Of a stretch of 64,000 nucleotides of DNA, positions 49,901 to 62,900 are shown piece after piece. The notes below the pieces were generated by a model that ran no database searches, had not been told where the DNA came from, and saw nothing but the letters and a program-made list of their open reading frames with translations. The DNA is from Mobula hypostoma (Eukaryota): contig NC_086097.1 of NCBI RefSeq assembly GCF_963921235.1, positions 145,764,001 through 145,828,000 on the forward strand, read 5' to 3'. Position 1 is the stretch's first letter; every line of letters starts with the position of its first letter. The position numbers were made by a program, and so were the translations under genes.

Positions 49901-51629
49901 ACGGGACCCCTCAACTTTTACTGTGACTGCTTATCCATGAAAATGGGCAGGTGTAACAAAAGCCTGAAGAAACCTGCTCTTGAAACTATTCGGCTCAGGG
50001 GCATCACATATGTGCAGACAGAACATCTGGCTGCAACAGAAACCTTTCCTCACAAATGACTGGATTATGAAGTTTACTGGAAAGAAAATTGATCAACTCT
50101 CACCCAATGTGAAGGGAAAGTGTCAAGAAAATCTGCTTGCACACGTGTCCAAAAGAGTAATGAAAATCTTGGGATTTGATTGTCAGTGCCTGAAGTTAAC
50201 CAAGTTCTTAAATACATTGTAGGTTTGAATCGCATTCCATACCTTGTGCTATCCAACATAAACGCCCACTACGTTGGAAGTAAATAAGTGAAAATCCTGC
50301 CTCTACTGGGGCAGGGTGTATGGAGAGCAGTAAAGAGCAACCCTTAAAGAAATCCCTCCCTGCTCTTCAGATCTAACCATTCATTGTAACAAACACTCTT
50401 GCACCCCATCTCAGTGAAAGCATACTTTAGAATAGTTCTTTTTGCCTTCTCTTCCAATACCCTACCACCCCATAAACACAAGGCCTTTAAACAGCATTAC
50501 TACAGTTAAAACTTCCATCTTTTATAGCTGCTAATGTACATTTCTGCATTTCCCCCCACCTGATTCTATCCGATGCTCAGGCAACACTTGTTTGGTTTTG
50601 ATGATAATTTGCATTAATATCATGACTGGAATTCAAAAAGCTACTTCTGTTTGAGTAGTGCCTCAGATGAGCTGCAGCTCAGTTCAAGATTGCTAGCTCG
50701 TATGGTTATGCATAAATCAAGTTGAGTTTATGTGATTCTCCATCCCCCTCATTTTCGCAAACATCCCTTCCTTCCTTCCTTGCCACGATTTGCCATGACA
50801 GATTCCTGCCTGTGTAGCACCCTCAAACAGCAGGATTCATTAGACTACAGGGCCAAATCCAGTAAGTAGATCAACTGCTGTTTACTTAACGATTCTGTCT
50901 GCTCCAAAGTAAATCTGTTCCCCTCAAATTAGAGAATTTCACATCCTTATGAAAATATTATATAAGAATGCACAGCTTTACCATTTCCCTTTATTTCTCC
51001 CTTCATACTTCATTAGAAACGGGTTGATGGAAACTTTTAATTTGTCTTCTGCTGATGTTTATATTTTCTAGAGGCTAGAGTTGGGAATTGGTAGTAGAGT
51101 GGGAAGAATGGAAAACAACGAATCTTAAAAAAGGGAATTCTCATTTAATCGGACAATAAAGTCGTCAGGTTACGATCCTGAAAAGCGATTAAGAAACTGA
51201 TCCATAATACACACATTCCATTCATCTCTCCTTTTCACACTTAAACTATCATCTACCTGGCTCCTATGATTTGGAGTTTCTCTTCTCTGCCTAACCTCCA
51301 ATTAAAACCTCTCTCTTTAACCAGCACTTGGTCATCTGTCTTAATATTTCTATCACTTTAATTTGTTCTTACTATGAAGAGACACCTCAGGATAAACTAC
51401 ACTGAAAACAGCATAACCACGAAGTGCCGTTAATCAGAAGAATACACTTTAAATGAACTGCATGCAAGTAGGGGGTAGAAACTGCCAACAAATGCACTTT
51501 TAAGAGTAGAAAAGTGAAGTAGTTAATGAGGACCTGCCCCTGTCATTAGATGTATTTGTAAATGTGAAACCAAACCTTTACATTTACAGCAAGAAAGGAA
51601 ACCTGCAAACTGTATAACATTAGAATTAT

Positions 51630-51793
51630 GGCAACACACAGAAAACGCTGGAGGAACTTCGTCCTGGTGAAGGATCTCGGCCCAAAACGGCAACTGTTGA
51701 TTCTTTTCCATAGATGCTTCCTGGCCTGCTGAGTTCCTCCAGCAATTTGTGTGTATTGCTTGGATTTCCAGCATCTACAGATTTTATCATTTT
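51630..51793. mobile_element. Short fold-back PLE-derived element in CSRNP1 intron 1
   Basis: Inverted arms with a degenerate hammerhead (CTGGTGA..AAAAC); 15-bp TSD TAACATTAGAATTAT at 51615-51629 and 51794-51808. Confidence 0.8.
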
Positions 51794-54700
51794 TAACATT
51801 AGAATTATACTTGGTCTGTTAATTGCACAAGGCAGTATGACAGTAAAAGGGTTACAACATTACAGTCAATTACATCATGCTAGAATGGCAGAGAATAAAA
51901 TTTCTCATCTACTAAAGGCATTTTAGTGTCCCAAGTGTCTAACTGGACATTGGAACTTACAAAGTACTTATTTGAACATGGTGTCCAGAAGGCTCAGCTC
52001 CACTCGTTTGAAACTCTATCAGCTGCAGAAGCTTTCTGAAGGTGTGGCTGTATAAGTAGATAAACCTGTTTCTCCCTGCATATGGAAGCTCACAGCCAGA
52101 CATTGATACATTTACTGTCAGGTCTCCTAACTGAAATAATTGGTCAAAAGGACTGATAGGTTTTATATCATGCACCTGCACTGTGTGTCAGAAAAATAAA
52201 TGCCAATCTGCAAAAAGATTTTCAAGTAGTAGAAAAAGATACTACTGGAGAGAGAAGAACAAAAAATCTGTATGTCAGATGATTAACTTCATAGTTTACC
52301 ACCTTCAAATAGCTTCATAAATCACCTGCCTTTATGGCACCCACCATACATTTTTCATCCAAAAGAACACAATGGGAAAAACATAGTGGCTTGCAAACAT
52401 ACCATGCCAAGGGCAAAATGTTCAATTACTGTAAACGTATTTACAGAACCATAAACCTGAAGTGGTTGGGAAATTCGCTGTGGTTTTAATAAAACTGCAA
52501 ATAATGCACAATACAAGAACTACATTGCAATTTTTTAAAAAATAAGAATTCTCTGAACACTTCTGTGAGATGCTGAGCCACACAAAGTAGGGAGGACTGG
52601 GATTCAGCCCCTTAAGAATTTAAAGTAATGCAGAAATACTTTGGATAGTTTTTTCTGGCATTGAGTTTATTGCATTAATAAATATTGAAATAAAAGTAAT
52701 TGAAAAGCTATACCGACAATAATGTACATCTACAGATATTTTAGACTCACAGCTTTCAAGTTAATCAAACTCTCTCAGATGAATTCCAGTGGATCAGGGG
52801 ACATGATCCTTCCAAATGCATCCTAATGTTATTTATAAAGCAAATTAAAAACAGTGCTTCACAAAGCCAGAAGTGCTTACTTTATATAAAGCTTTCTTGT
52901 ACCTCAGAAACTATGCTCATAATGGCTCTCTTCTACTGGCAAGTAATCTTTAATCACTAGTGGGCTGCTCTCATACAACGTCAATCTTGTCACATAATGC
53001 CAGTTTCTTAAAGCTGTTTGGAGTCAACATTAGTATAGGTCCTGGAATTGTATGCAGTCCAGGTGGGCTCGGACAATAGATGTCTTTTAACTAAGCCATG
53101 TTTAGGTTTTCAAAACTATCAGATAACTTCCGCTCAGTCACTTTAATTTCCAGGCTTTATAACTTGCATTTAAAATAAAATGGATAAAGTATGTCCATAA
53201 ATTACATTCACTGGAACATTACCACTATACTACTTATTAAAAAGTTCCTATTTTCTTTACCATCTTACCTCAAAAGGACAGCTTAAACATGAAAATTGTA
53301 ACAAGTTACACAATGTTATGCTACAATGTCATACAACCTCTGAAAAAGAGAATGTGATGAGATTCCAGAATAAGCGGCCAATAGCTTGATCCAAACTCTA
53401 GTGAATTTCAAAAAAAATGAACACATATAGCCACAGAAGAGAATGTGAAAGGCAATTAAAAGGAAACTTTATGTTACGCCTCCTATTGTTATGGTCAGCA
53501 GATTTCCTCCCCTCCATCTCTGCCAAAAATCTGCACACTTTCGTTCCTACTGCACAACAAAACGACTCTCTTGTTAAGGCAGCTGGCTTCAAACCAACCA
53601 GCACGAGACTTCAGTTCCTTTCTACCCTCCCCGCTCCAGCTAAGTGCGCCAAATGAGAAGGAAAAAGGCCAAATTTAGAAGGGAACCAAATTGCTTCTTT
53701 TTCTAAAAAAAAGAAAAAGTGCAATGGAGATTGTAAGAGGGTATTCAAGAAGCAAGGAGGAGCTGGGTGGAGAGTAAAGAAGTGGGAGGGTGGTTGAGGA
53801 ATGCACAGTATCTCTACTGAAACAGATTGAACAGTGCTCTTGGGATTAATAACTATCATGTTCTACTGCTGATTAATTATTTAGTCAGGCCAAACTGTAA
53901 TTACAGCTGTTTCTCAGAAGGTGCCACAAACACATCTCAGAAACTACCATGAGTTCTACCCACCACCCTATATTTAAGAGCAAATACTTTCCCAGTTCAT
54001 TTATTTTACTATATTTAGAACAGACTACATCTGAAGTCAGTCTCAATAAATGTGCATCCGTCACTCTGCTGAAATGCTACTGACACCGAGCACTAGCAGA
54101 AACCACACCAAGTCCAGCACCCTGAAAATGAAAATGTTTCACACAGGCAGAAGGAAAGACACATACACATATGAATCAGCAACACAGGAAATATTGGTAA
54201 GGCTGACCACTAATTCTGAGGAGGATTTCATTTTACAAAGGGTCAACAAGAGCACTTCGTGGGGGCAGGGTTTAGGTATTAATGAAGAGCGAAGTGGGGG
54301 TGATTCCAAAGAGGCAATCCAGGAAAGAGTCCAAGAAGGATGAGGTGGTGGAATGGAAGAATGCAGCTGAGATTCACATCTTCATAAGCTTAAACATGGC
54401 CAGTTGAGGCAATCTCCATCAGATGGATAACTGATTTGGTAAGATTTGTCAGGTTAGTTCAGAACACAAACTTTCCTCCTGAGATCTTCAACTCTTGGAA
54501 GGTTTGCTGTAATTTTCAATTCTATTCAAGCGAAGATTTCTAATTGTGCAGCAAAAGTCTTCCACAATAAAAGTATCAGAGGCAACTTTAAAACTACTTG
54601 GCAAAATGAACTCCAAAGGTGTCCAATTTTTTTTGGAAATCTATGGACCACATCCAACTCTTCAGCTACATACTTCTCAGTTCATTAGTGACAAAGTCCA

Positions 54701-56117
54701 TTGCAATTGTTTCAAAATTCTGGAACTCTTCCTGAATCTCTATTTTGCTTCAAAATCTCCTTTTTATTGAAGCCTCTGTAAACCTCCTTTTCGTTTCCCT
54801 CTAATTTCAGAGTCCTCACTTCCTCAGCCAGGCATCAAGGGCTATTCTTTTAAAAAATTATAACTGAAAAGTGCATTAATTATTTCCTACTTTTATTTCT
54901 TGTGACTGTGCTAATCAAGAAAACCAAAAAATTTTGTGCAGGTGAATTTAAGATGTGCAGAAGCTTACATCTTTGCTGTGACAATCAAACCTCCCTCTTC
55001 AACAATAAACAACAAACTCACCTCAATATAAAAAAATCTGTAAAGGATGTGGGATTGAGACAACAAAATGGTATTGGATGTGGATTAGGGTATTTGGGGA
55101 AAGAAAAATTTGTAAGAGTAAAAAAAGAACAAGCCAGCCAACCTGCAACAGAGAACTCAAGAGACAGGGAGAAAAAAAATCACAGTGATTTGTTAATTTG
55201 CACAGTGGAACTGATTCAGCCATAAGAGCAGACACAGCATGGAACTTAGTCTCTTCAAGACTGATCATTATCTCCCATCACTGTTGACTGAGGCGGCTTG
55301 ATTAACGTCCTTTGAAGTCAACCTTTCAAATACCTCTGCATTACACAGGCAAAAAACACACAACTTACACAATCAGAAGCATGTCTGTGAAGATACTATT
55401 GGAAAAATGATCAGAGTACCGAGTTAGAGATCAGATGATCACTATTGTTTACTAATTACTTGAGAGGCAAGAGGCCCCATTTTCATTGACAAGAAAATGT
55501 ACACTTGAAATACAGCATATTAACAACAATATAATTTATGCAATATATTCTTCAAAATATGCATTTCCAATTGAGGAGGCCACATTATGTGCATTGCAGA
55601 AAGTAGTCAGTTAGTCATTGATCTTTCCAGTAAAATGTAATCAGGACAGTTCATGTGTGTAAAATTAAATCCACTCCCAACGTGTGTGAAATGAAATGCT
55701 GGTAGCATTGAGGGTATGGGCATATAATGTACTGCTATACTGTGCAGCACTTTCACTCAGCATAAACTCAGACATCCTACTACTCCAGGTTACTAAGGCA
55801 ACATATTTTTTCTGTCTAGCAACTCGCAGGAACAGTCTGAACCTACTGAATAAGCACTTTTTGGAACAAGAACAAAATTACATTCACTGTGTTCCAGACA
55901 CAAATAAATATGTTATTTTTTAGAAACAGATATGTAGACATTTAAAGATATAAATATGCATTCATTCCACAGCTATTTCACATTAAAGCAAACTGTAACA
56001 CCATATTTGACAAGTAGTGCTCATACATACCATCCAAGTGGACTATCTAACTCCGCCAGTCAGATTGCATACCAGAAATTCTATGAAATCTTATAACATA
56101 AGCGAAAAAAAACTTAC

Positions 56118-56570
56118 CTCTTGAGAATTTTCAGGGCTCGATAACCACCAGTAATTTGAAGGGAACTAGAAGACAGGGACTTTGAAAATATAATTTTAAA
56201 ATGGTAGACTGAGGCTTTTTATATAAATATTGGCTTTATGTTCTCATTTTGGGTAGATGTGTCCGTGGCTGTGGTTTAAGGGTAACCGGGGGAGGGTGAA
56301 GAAGGTTACTGAGAGTTGGTGGTCCCCGAACCTTAACGGGATTGAGAGGGAAGGGAAGATGGGGAGGGGGAAAGAGGCTGGAGCTGCTGGCGGCGCCGAG
56401 GAGCCGCAGTTTCTGCCGGTTGTTCTAATCGCTGCCGAGGCGGTAGCGCTACCGCTGCTGCTCCTGCTGGGGACCGAGTGAGGAGGAGCTGCCGCTGTGG
56501 CTACGAGCACACTGGAGGGGATGGAGTTACAGCTCTAGCCTCGCCACTGACTGGCTCCGACTGAAGTGAC
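56118..56570 (-). other. CSRNP1: Putative non-coding first exon of CSRNP1
   Basis: Consensus donor GAG|GTAAGT at 56118/56117, beside the most CpG/GC-rich non-repeat segment of the window (~56290-56660). The 5' boundary is inferred. Confidence 0.65.
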
Positions 56571-57850
56571 TCAGTCCTCAGTCTCTCCCCCCCCCCCCCC
56601 GCCGCTCGCACTCCTTGCTTTCGCCACCCAGCGGAAAAAAAAGCCTTACTGCGAAATTGACGCACATTCTGACAACCTCCAGCCCACTGCTTCCTGTTTC
56701 CAGTAAAACCCTTTTTCTTCCGTCTCCAACCAAGTCATATTTTATTTTTAAATAATGCATGATTGTGCAATACTTATACATTTCAAAGTAATTCACCAGG
56801 GAAACTGTAGCGTAAAAATAACCAATTATTGTAAAATGAAACCGAGGCAAACCTAACAGGATTTTTCCTAGAAGTTTTAAAGCCTGTGAGTGGAGCTGGC
56901 AAACGCTGAAAAAGCCCCACACCATTCGCGACAAAGCTATCAACTTGAGATTTGACTTACACGCCATCCAACAGCCAGAACACTCCTTCCAGTACCGCAC
57001 TACTTGACTGCAGCGAGTAGCATCCACAAGGATGAAAAGGGGAAAAAAAAGCCTTCCTTGACTGTACCTTTCAAGACCAAGATCTTAACTGCCTTGACGG
57101 ACAGCAGCAGTAATCTTATAGTCACCCCTCCTACAAGTTGCTTTCCAAGTCACACATTATCCCGCCTTGGAACTATATTCCCGACCATTCATCACCGCAC
57201 GTCAAAACTGCTTGGCTGCAATCTGTGGAATTGCCTTCACCATACAGGCTGGAATGGCTGGGGAACAATTTCCCATTGGGGAATGACAATAAATGTCTTT
57301 TCAATGCTCCAGCCCACTCATAAATTAATAAAGAAGCATTATCAAATTATTTTGGGTATACAAAGCACTTTATTCCTCCACTTCACACAAAACATGTCAC
57401 AAAAGCTCAGATTAATTTCGCTGCCACCTGTCACGTTTTGCCACAATTTTTATTTGACAAACACAACCAAAAGTTCGTCAGAATTTGGCTCATATCCAAC
57501 AAATAAAGACACTGACTCTTATGCGTGTCTCCTCTGACGTCACTAATGTACAAGGGAAAAGAAGGTTTCTCTTTCCTCTAACGCATTGAAGAAATATGAT
57601 GCAGAGTCTATTAATCTCTTGTGTCAAATTACACACTGCTGAGGTAACAGAACTGAAACGGTGCCTGATATATAAACCTTGTACTTCTAATGTACAGATT
57701 ATCCAGCTCTACTGCATGGACAATTAATCACGTTTATTCTAACCATTTAGCTGAAGTGTTTTCATTGTTAAATTTTGATGTATCAATAACCCTATGACAA
57801 ATTCCGCGAGTTTTTACACAGCAGGAAATGACTCAGAATTTTATAGCCTG
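56290..57850 (-). promoter_or_regulatory. Putative CSRNP1 promoter / CpG-rich region
   Basis: AP-1 TGACTCA 56567-56573 and 57829-57835, STAT-like TTCCTAGAA 56865-56873, full CRE TGACGTCA 57535-57542, and a C-tract at ~56587-56600. Confidence 0.55.
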
Positions 57851-57904
57851 CTGAGTGGTCATTTGGCCCATCCAACTAAAAAAATCTTCAGGCATATGAA
57901 TCAC

Positions 57905-58210
57905 ATGGGCAAAGATGGGAGGGGGAGGGGGAGGGGGAGATCAGAAAGACCCCCACCGATGACCCCTTCTCCCGTCTTCAACCCTCCTCCTCTTCATGGA
58001 CACCCCGCTCTGATCTTCTGAATCTCCTATCATTTCGGATTACCCCCCCCCCACTTTCAAATCTCTTACTATCTCTTCTTTCAGTTAGTCCTGATGAAGG
58101 GTCTCGGTCCTAAACGTCAACTGTGCTACTTCCTATAGATGCTGCCTGGCCTGCTGCGTTCACCAGCATTTTGCGTGTGTTGCTTGAATTTCCAGCATCT
58201 GCAGATTTCC
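57905..58210 (+). mobile_element. PLE pLTR fragment with mutated hammerhead and short inverted arm
   Basis: AGTC-CTGATGA-AGGGTCTCGGTCC-TAAAC-GTC-AACT at 58087-58122; family 3' end CAGCATCTGCAGATTT. Confidence 0.7.
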
Positions 58211-58384
58211 TGGAGATTGTGCCAATAAAAGAGTAGTGATCTTTATCCAAGTGAAGACAATGTGTGAGAAACTAATCCCTTCACCTCTCTTAGTCTCTGA
58301 AAGAGTAATTAAAATGAGTTCCAGTCATTTACTCTTCCCCAGTTTATTTAAAGTTCATCCATTTCAAGCATCTATAGGACTTTG

Positions 58385-60000
58385 GAGACATAGGAGACTG
58401 CAGATGCTGAAATCTGGAGCAACAAACAATCTGCTGGAAGAACTCAGTGAGTCGAGCATCTGTGGAAGGAAAGAAGTTGTCGATGTTTTGGGGCAAAGTG
58501 TTGCATCAGGACTGAGTGGAGAAGCACGATGACAGGTAACGAAGCAAAGGAAAGTGGCAAGAAAGGGTTCTGAGGCAATTGATGCACTGAAGAGGGGCAT
58601 ATGATGACAGGCAGGTCGTGCCAGGTAAGGCAGGCTTCAGGGATGGAGTGAGAGATAGTGACAGGCAATGACTAGATGGAGGCAGACAATGAGAGAGAGG
58701 ACTAAAAGGAAAACAAACCAGATGGAGCATTTTGGGGGGGAGGGGTCTGTGAATCTAGGAGATAACTGATGGAGGGAGGTAAGCAGTAACTTTGTAAGTA
58801 AACGAGGTGTGAACTATGAGTGGAGAAGTGAACATTAGTTGTTTTCTGCTGGGAGGAGGGGAGGAGGGGAGGAGGGAGATCTGTGCGTAAAGTGTGTGAA
58901 TGGGACCAGAAGGGGGAAGGGAAGGAAGATGGATGAAGGCAGGCTAAGGGGAATGGGGCAAAACTAAGAGGACGTGAGGTTTAGACAAAGGAACGTAGGG
59001 GAGGAAAGTAAAGGGAAGAAAGGGGTTGTCATCTAAAACTGGCAAATTGGGTTGTAAACTATCCAGGTGGAATATAAACAGAAAAGAGTCAGCAGATACT
59101 GGAAATCCAGCACAACACACACAAAATGCTGGAGGAACTCAGCAGGTCAGACCACACCTGGAGTACTGTGTGCAGTTTTGGTCTCCAAATTTGAGGAAGG
59201 ACATTCTTGCTATTGACGGAGTGCAGTGTAGGTTCACAAGGTTAATTCCAGGGATGGCAGGACTGTCATATGTCGAAAGATTGGAGCGACTGGGTTTGTA
59301 TACTCTGGAATTTAGAAGGCTGAGAGGGGATCTTATTAAAACATATAAGATTATTAAGGGATTGGACACGTTGGAGGCAGGAAGCATGTTCCCGCTGATG
59401 GGTGAGTCCAGAACCAAAGGCCACAGTTTAAGAATAAGGGGTAGGCAATTTAGAATGGAGTTGAGGAAAAACTTTTTCACCCAGAGAGTGGTGGATGTAT
59501 GGAATGCTCTGCCCCAGAAGGCTGTGGAGGCCAAGTCTCTGGGTGCTTTCAAGAAAGAGATGGATAGAGCTCTTAAAGATAGCGGAATCAAAGGTTATGG
59601 GGATAAGGCAGGAACTGGATACTGATTGTGGATGATCAGCCATGATCTCAGTGAATGGCGGTGCTGGCTCGAAGGGCTGAATGGCCTACTCCTGCACCTA
59701 TTGTCTATTGTCTATTGAAATGAATAGTCGATGTTTCTAGCCAAGACTCAGCCTGAAACATCAACTGTCTATTAATTTCCATAGATGCTGCTGACTTGCT
59801 GAGTTCTTCCAGCATTTTGTGTGTGTTGCAGGTGGAATAAAAGATGCCATTCCACCAGTTTGAATTCATCTTGGCAGTAGACAAGGCCAAGGATGGACAG
59901 GGCAGTGTTGGAATGAGAAGGGGAGTTGTGTAAATAAGAGTTCAGGATGACCACTGCAGACTGAGCCAAGTGCTCGGTGAAATAACTGCCCAATCTGTAC
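58385..60000 (-). mobile_element. Old PLE fragment, containing a fold-back PLE element (59075-59828), which itself contains a CR1 fragment
   Basis: TSD CAGGTGGAATA at 59064-59074 and 59829-59839; the degenerate GIY-YIG-like sequence resumes after 59839. Confidence 0.65.
59151..59717 (+). mobile_element. CR1 3' fragment (young)
   Basis: PHLEYCVQFWSP..RFTRLIPGM..RRLRGDLI..FFTQRVV..; (CTATTGT)n tail at ~59698-59717; very similar to 13050-13617. Confidence 0.9.
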
Positions 60001-60123
60001 TTCTCTGTATAACTTTGAATGTTTTTTCTGAATTTGTTGCTACTGTTCTTTTTGAAAGCACATTCGAGATTCTTGGCTTTAAGGTTTATGGTCTAATGTA
60101 ATTTAGAATAATGAAAACCCTTT

Positions 60124-60400
60124 GGGGCAGCTAGGTGGTGTGGTGGTTAGCACAACACTTTACAGTACGGACAACTTGGGTTTAGTTCCCACCACTCCCT
60201 GTGAGGAGTTTGTATGATCTCCCTGTGACTGCATGGGTTTCCTCCAGATATCTGGCTTTCCTCTCACAGTCCAAAGGCATACCAGTTGGTAGTCATTGTT
60301 AACTGTCCCGTGATTAGGCTTGAATTGAATCGGGGGGTTGCTTGATGGCATGGCTCAAAGGGACGGAAGGGCCTATTCTGTGCTGTATCTCAATAAATAT
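60124..60400 (+). mobile_element. V-SINE (HE1-like)
   Basis: tRNA-like head GGTGGTGTGGTGGTTAGCAC, V-domain GGAGTTTGTATGATCTCCCTGTGACTGCATGGGTTTCCTCC..CACAGTCCAAAG, and CR1-like tail GAAGGGCCTATTCTGTGCTGTATCTC. Confidence 0.75.
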
Positions 60401-62399
60401 TAAATAACTAAATGAGTATTTTTACTTTGTAACATAGAGGGACTTGCCATTTGAGGTTAATGTTCTCGGGAATATTTGCAGAACTGGTTTATAGATCTAA
60501 CCTTTAGCAAATTGGTAATGCATGGCCAATTACATTGGTAAAGTAAACTTTATGTCTTCTGCACAATTTATGATCAGGGAGGGCTGAGCTTTCTGAGGTC
60601 CTGTTCTGTTGCTGGTTCTATGATGTCCACTATTGGCAGAATGGAAGTTTAGTACCACTTCATTGTCGCTTCTAGGAATGCCACATTTGAAGGGTCTGCA
60701 TGTCTACTTTTTCCCAGTTTTGATGAACTCTTCAACCTGAAATGTGCTCTCTGTTTCTCTTTCTGCACTACTGCTATCTGACTTACAACTTTCAGTATTC
60801 TCTGTTCTGTTTCAGAAGTTCAGAACATTAGTTAGTAGCACTAATGTTTTTGGTTCAGTAGATTGTGGTACATAATTGAGGCTGGGCTGATTTGTGCAGT
60901 GATGAGGGAGCTGTGCAATGTTAGATGTTCCAGTTTTAGATCATTTGTGAGACTGAGGCTTTATCTTCTCTCTTTTATGAACGTAAAAGTTCTAAAGACA
61001 TTGCTTGAAGAAGAGTTTTCCTCATACTGTGCCTCAACTAATATCAATGAAGTAACAGTGGGCTAGCTCATTTGTTTCATATCTATTAATGGCATTTTGT
61101 CTTGCATTTTTATTTATTTCGGTCTTTCATACATTTTTAAACTAACTGCGCTGCAAAATATCTAATTGAATGTAAAGCAACTTCAGATGTCTTAAAACTG
61201 TAATAGGTACAATCTATATGTAAAATTCTTCTACTTATTACATAATACACAGCTGCTAATAGATTGCATGTAAGAAATATTAAGCAAATATTTTCTATTG
61301 TAATGTTGCATAATCAGGCAGTGCATCTTCTGATGATAAAGATCTATTATGCCCTTTTATTCCTCCATGATTCAGTTTTCCTCATTATCCAGTTTCAGAA
61401 TCCCTTGCACCATGCAGAAATGTAACAGCAGAAGGGAACTGGATATGGATATGAACAGCTGTTGTTCATTGTTGAAATTAACTAACACAGAGGCAAAGAT
61501 CACTTAATTATGTAGATCTCATAGATTTATATGCAAAGGTCACATATTTTCCTAGAATTTGTACATTTCAGTCTAAAAAAGAAGAAACTTATGTGTGTGT
61601 ATATATAATGCTTTAACAAACTTTTAGGACTACCATTATCACGGATTATGACTCAGTGCAGTCAGAGGAACAGGTCCCCATCTTTCAACCCAGCAACATT
61701 ACAAACTTCTAGATTTAACTCTTGAGTTCAATAACTTTGATAAGTTGTATTTTTGATATGCTGTTTCAAATTTATTACACTCACTTCATGTTCCTTTGGC
61801 AATTGCAGGTTAACAATTTGCATTTACACCTTTCCCCAATGACTTTTTGCTTCTTTGTTTCTTCCCATTTGTCATTTATTCTTCCTTACTTTCACTTTCT
61901 TACCTGCGAGTTCTTTCTAAACCCTGCAACATCACTGCGGTTTGAACTTGTTTTATCTCTATCTACTCATTACTCCAATAAAAGGGCATTAACCTGAAAT
62001 GTTAATTATTTGTCATTTGCCATCTATGTTGCTTGAATTGCAGAGCATGTTCTTTTAATCAGAGCCAATAAAAAAATCAAAGTGTAGCCTTTGTTGTATT
62101 GGAGAGAATGCAGCAATCAGTTTGTACCAAGTCGCTTCACAGCAATGACCCTTCTCTTCATACAGGTTTGGTGTCATGGAAATTGTTTGAGTAAATGATG
62201 GATGAGTATTGGTTCAGATATTGGGAAATCTCTTGTTATTTTATATAGTGTCAAGAACTCTTTCATATCTACATGAATGGGCAAATTAGGTCTTGTCATT
62301 TGACAATGACAGCACAACATTCGCTCAGTTCTGCAGAGTCATTTTAAGTGTCAGCCAAGGTTACATACTCCAGTCTCAGAATGGGGTTTGTATTATGGT

Positions 62400-62900
62400 C
62401 TGCACTTCAGCAACTTGCAAAAGCAGGATACGCAGCCTTCAAGTACATTTGCAAGCACTGTAAACATGTTTGTTCTGTCTCTACCATGCTTTCAGGTAGA
62501 GAGTTCCAGACCTCTACCAATCTTTGGGTGAGAACATTTCCCTTTTCAGTTCTTCTGCCAATTACTTTCCATCTTTGCCCATTGGTTTTTGGTGACATGT
62601 TCTCAGTATTTTTTTTATTTGCACAATTTGTCTTCTTTTGCACATTGGTAGCTAGTCAGTTTCTGTTTTATGTATAGTTTTTCATAAATTCTATTGTATT
62701 TCCTTATTTTCCTGTAAATACCCAAAAGAAAGTGAACTACAAGGAAGTATATGGAAACATATACATATGTATACATACAATAAATTAGACTTTGACTGTG
62801 AAGGGATTAGTTTAATTTGGATTATATTCTGCACAAACATTATGGGTTTTACGGGCCAGTTCTGTGCCATTCTATGTTCTGTGTCATGTGTCCTGTGTCC
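62400..62900. mobile_element. Degenerate CR1 (minus) and Rex-like 3' UTR (plus) fragments
   Basis: TQRLVEVWNSLPESMVE in ORF 62407-62643; 62590-62795 resembles the reverse complement of 41985-42160. Confidence 0.5.

Noticed and set aside
55309..56186. TCF/LEF-like CTTTGAA sites near exon 1
   Set aside because: Short motifs expected by chance in AT-rich DNA; no clustering strong enough to claim.
56244..56510. Ala/Ser/Pro-rich ORF in the GC-rich region
   Set aside because: Non-ATG start, composition explained by GC content, and it terminates before the splice donor.
57004..57537. 177-aa plus-strand ORF upstream of the promoter
   Set aside because: Non-ATG start, no recognisable domain and no splice support.
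59026..59625. 199-aa ORF as a gene
   Set aside because: Chimera of a PLE arm and a CR1 ORF2 C-terminal fragment.
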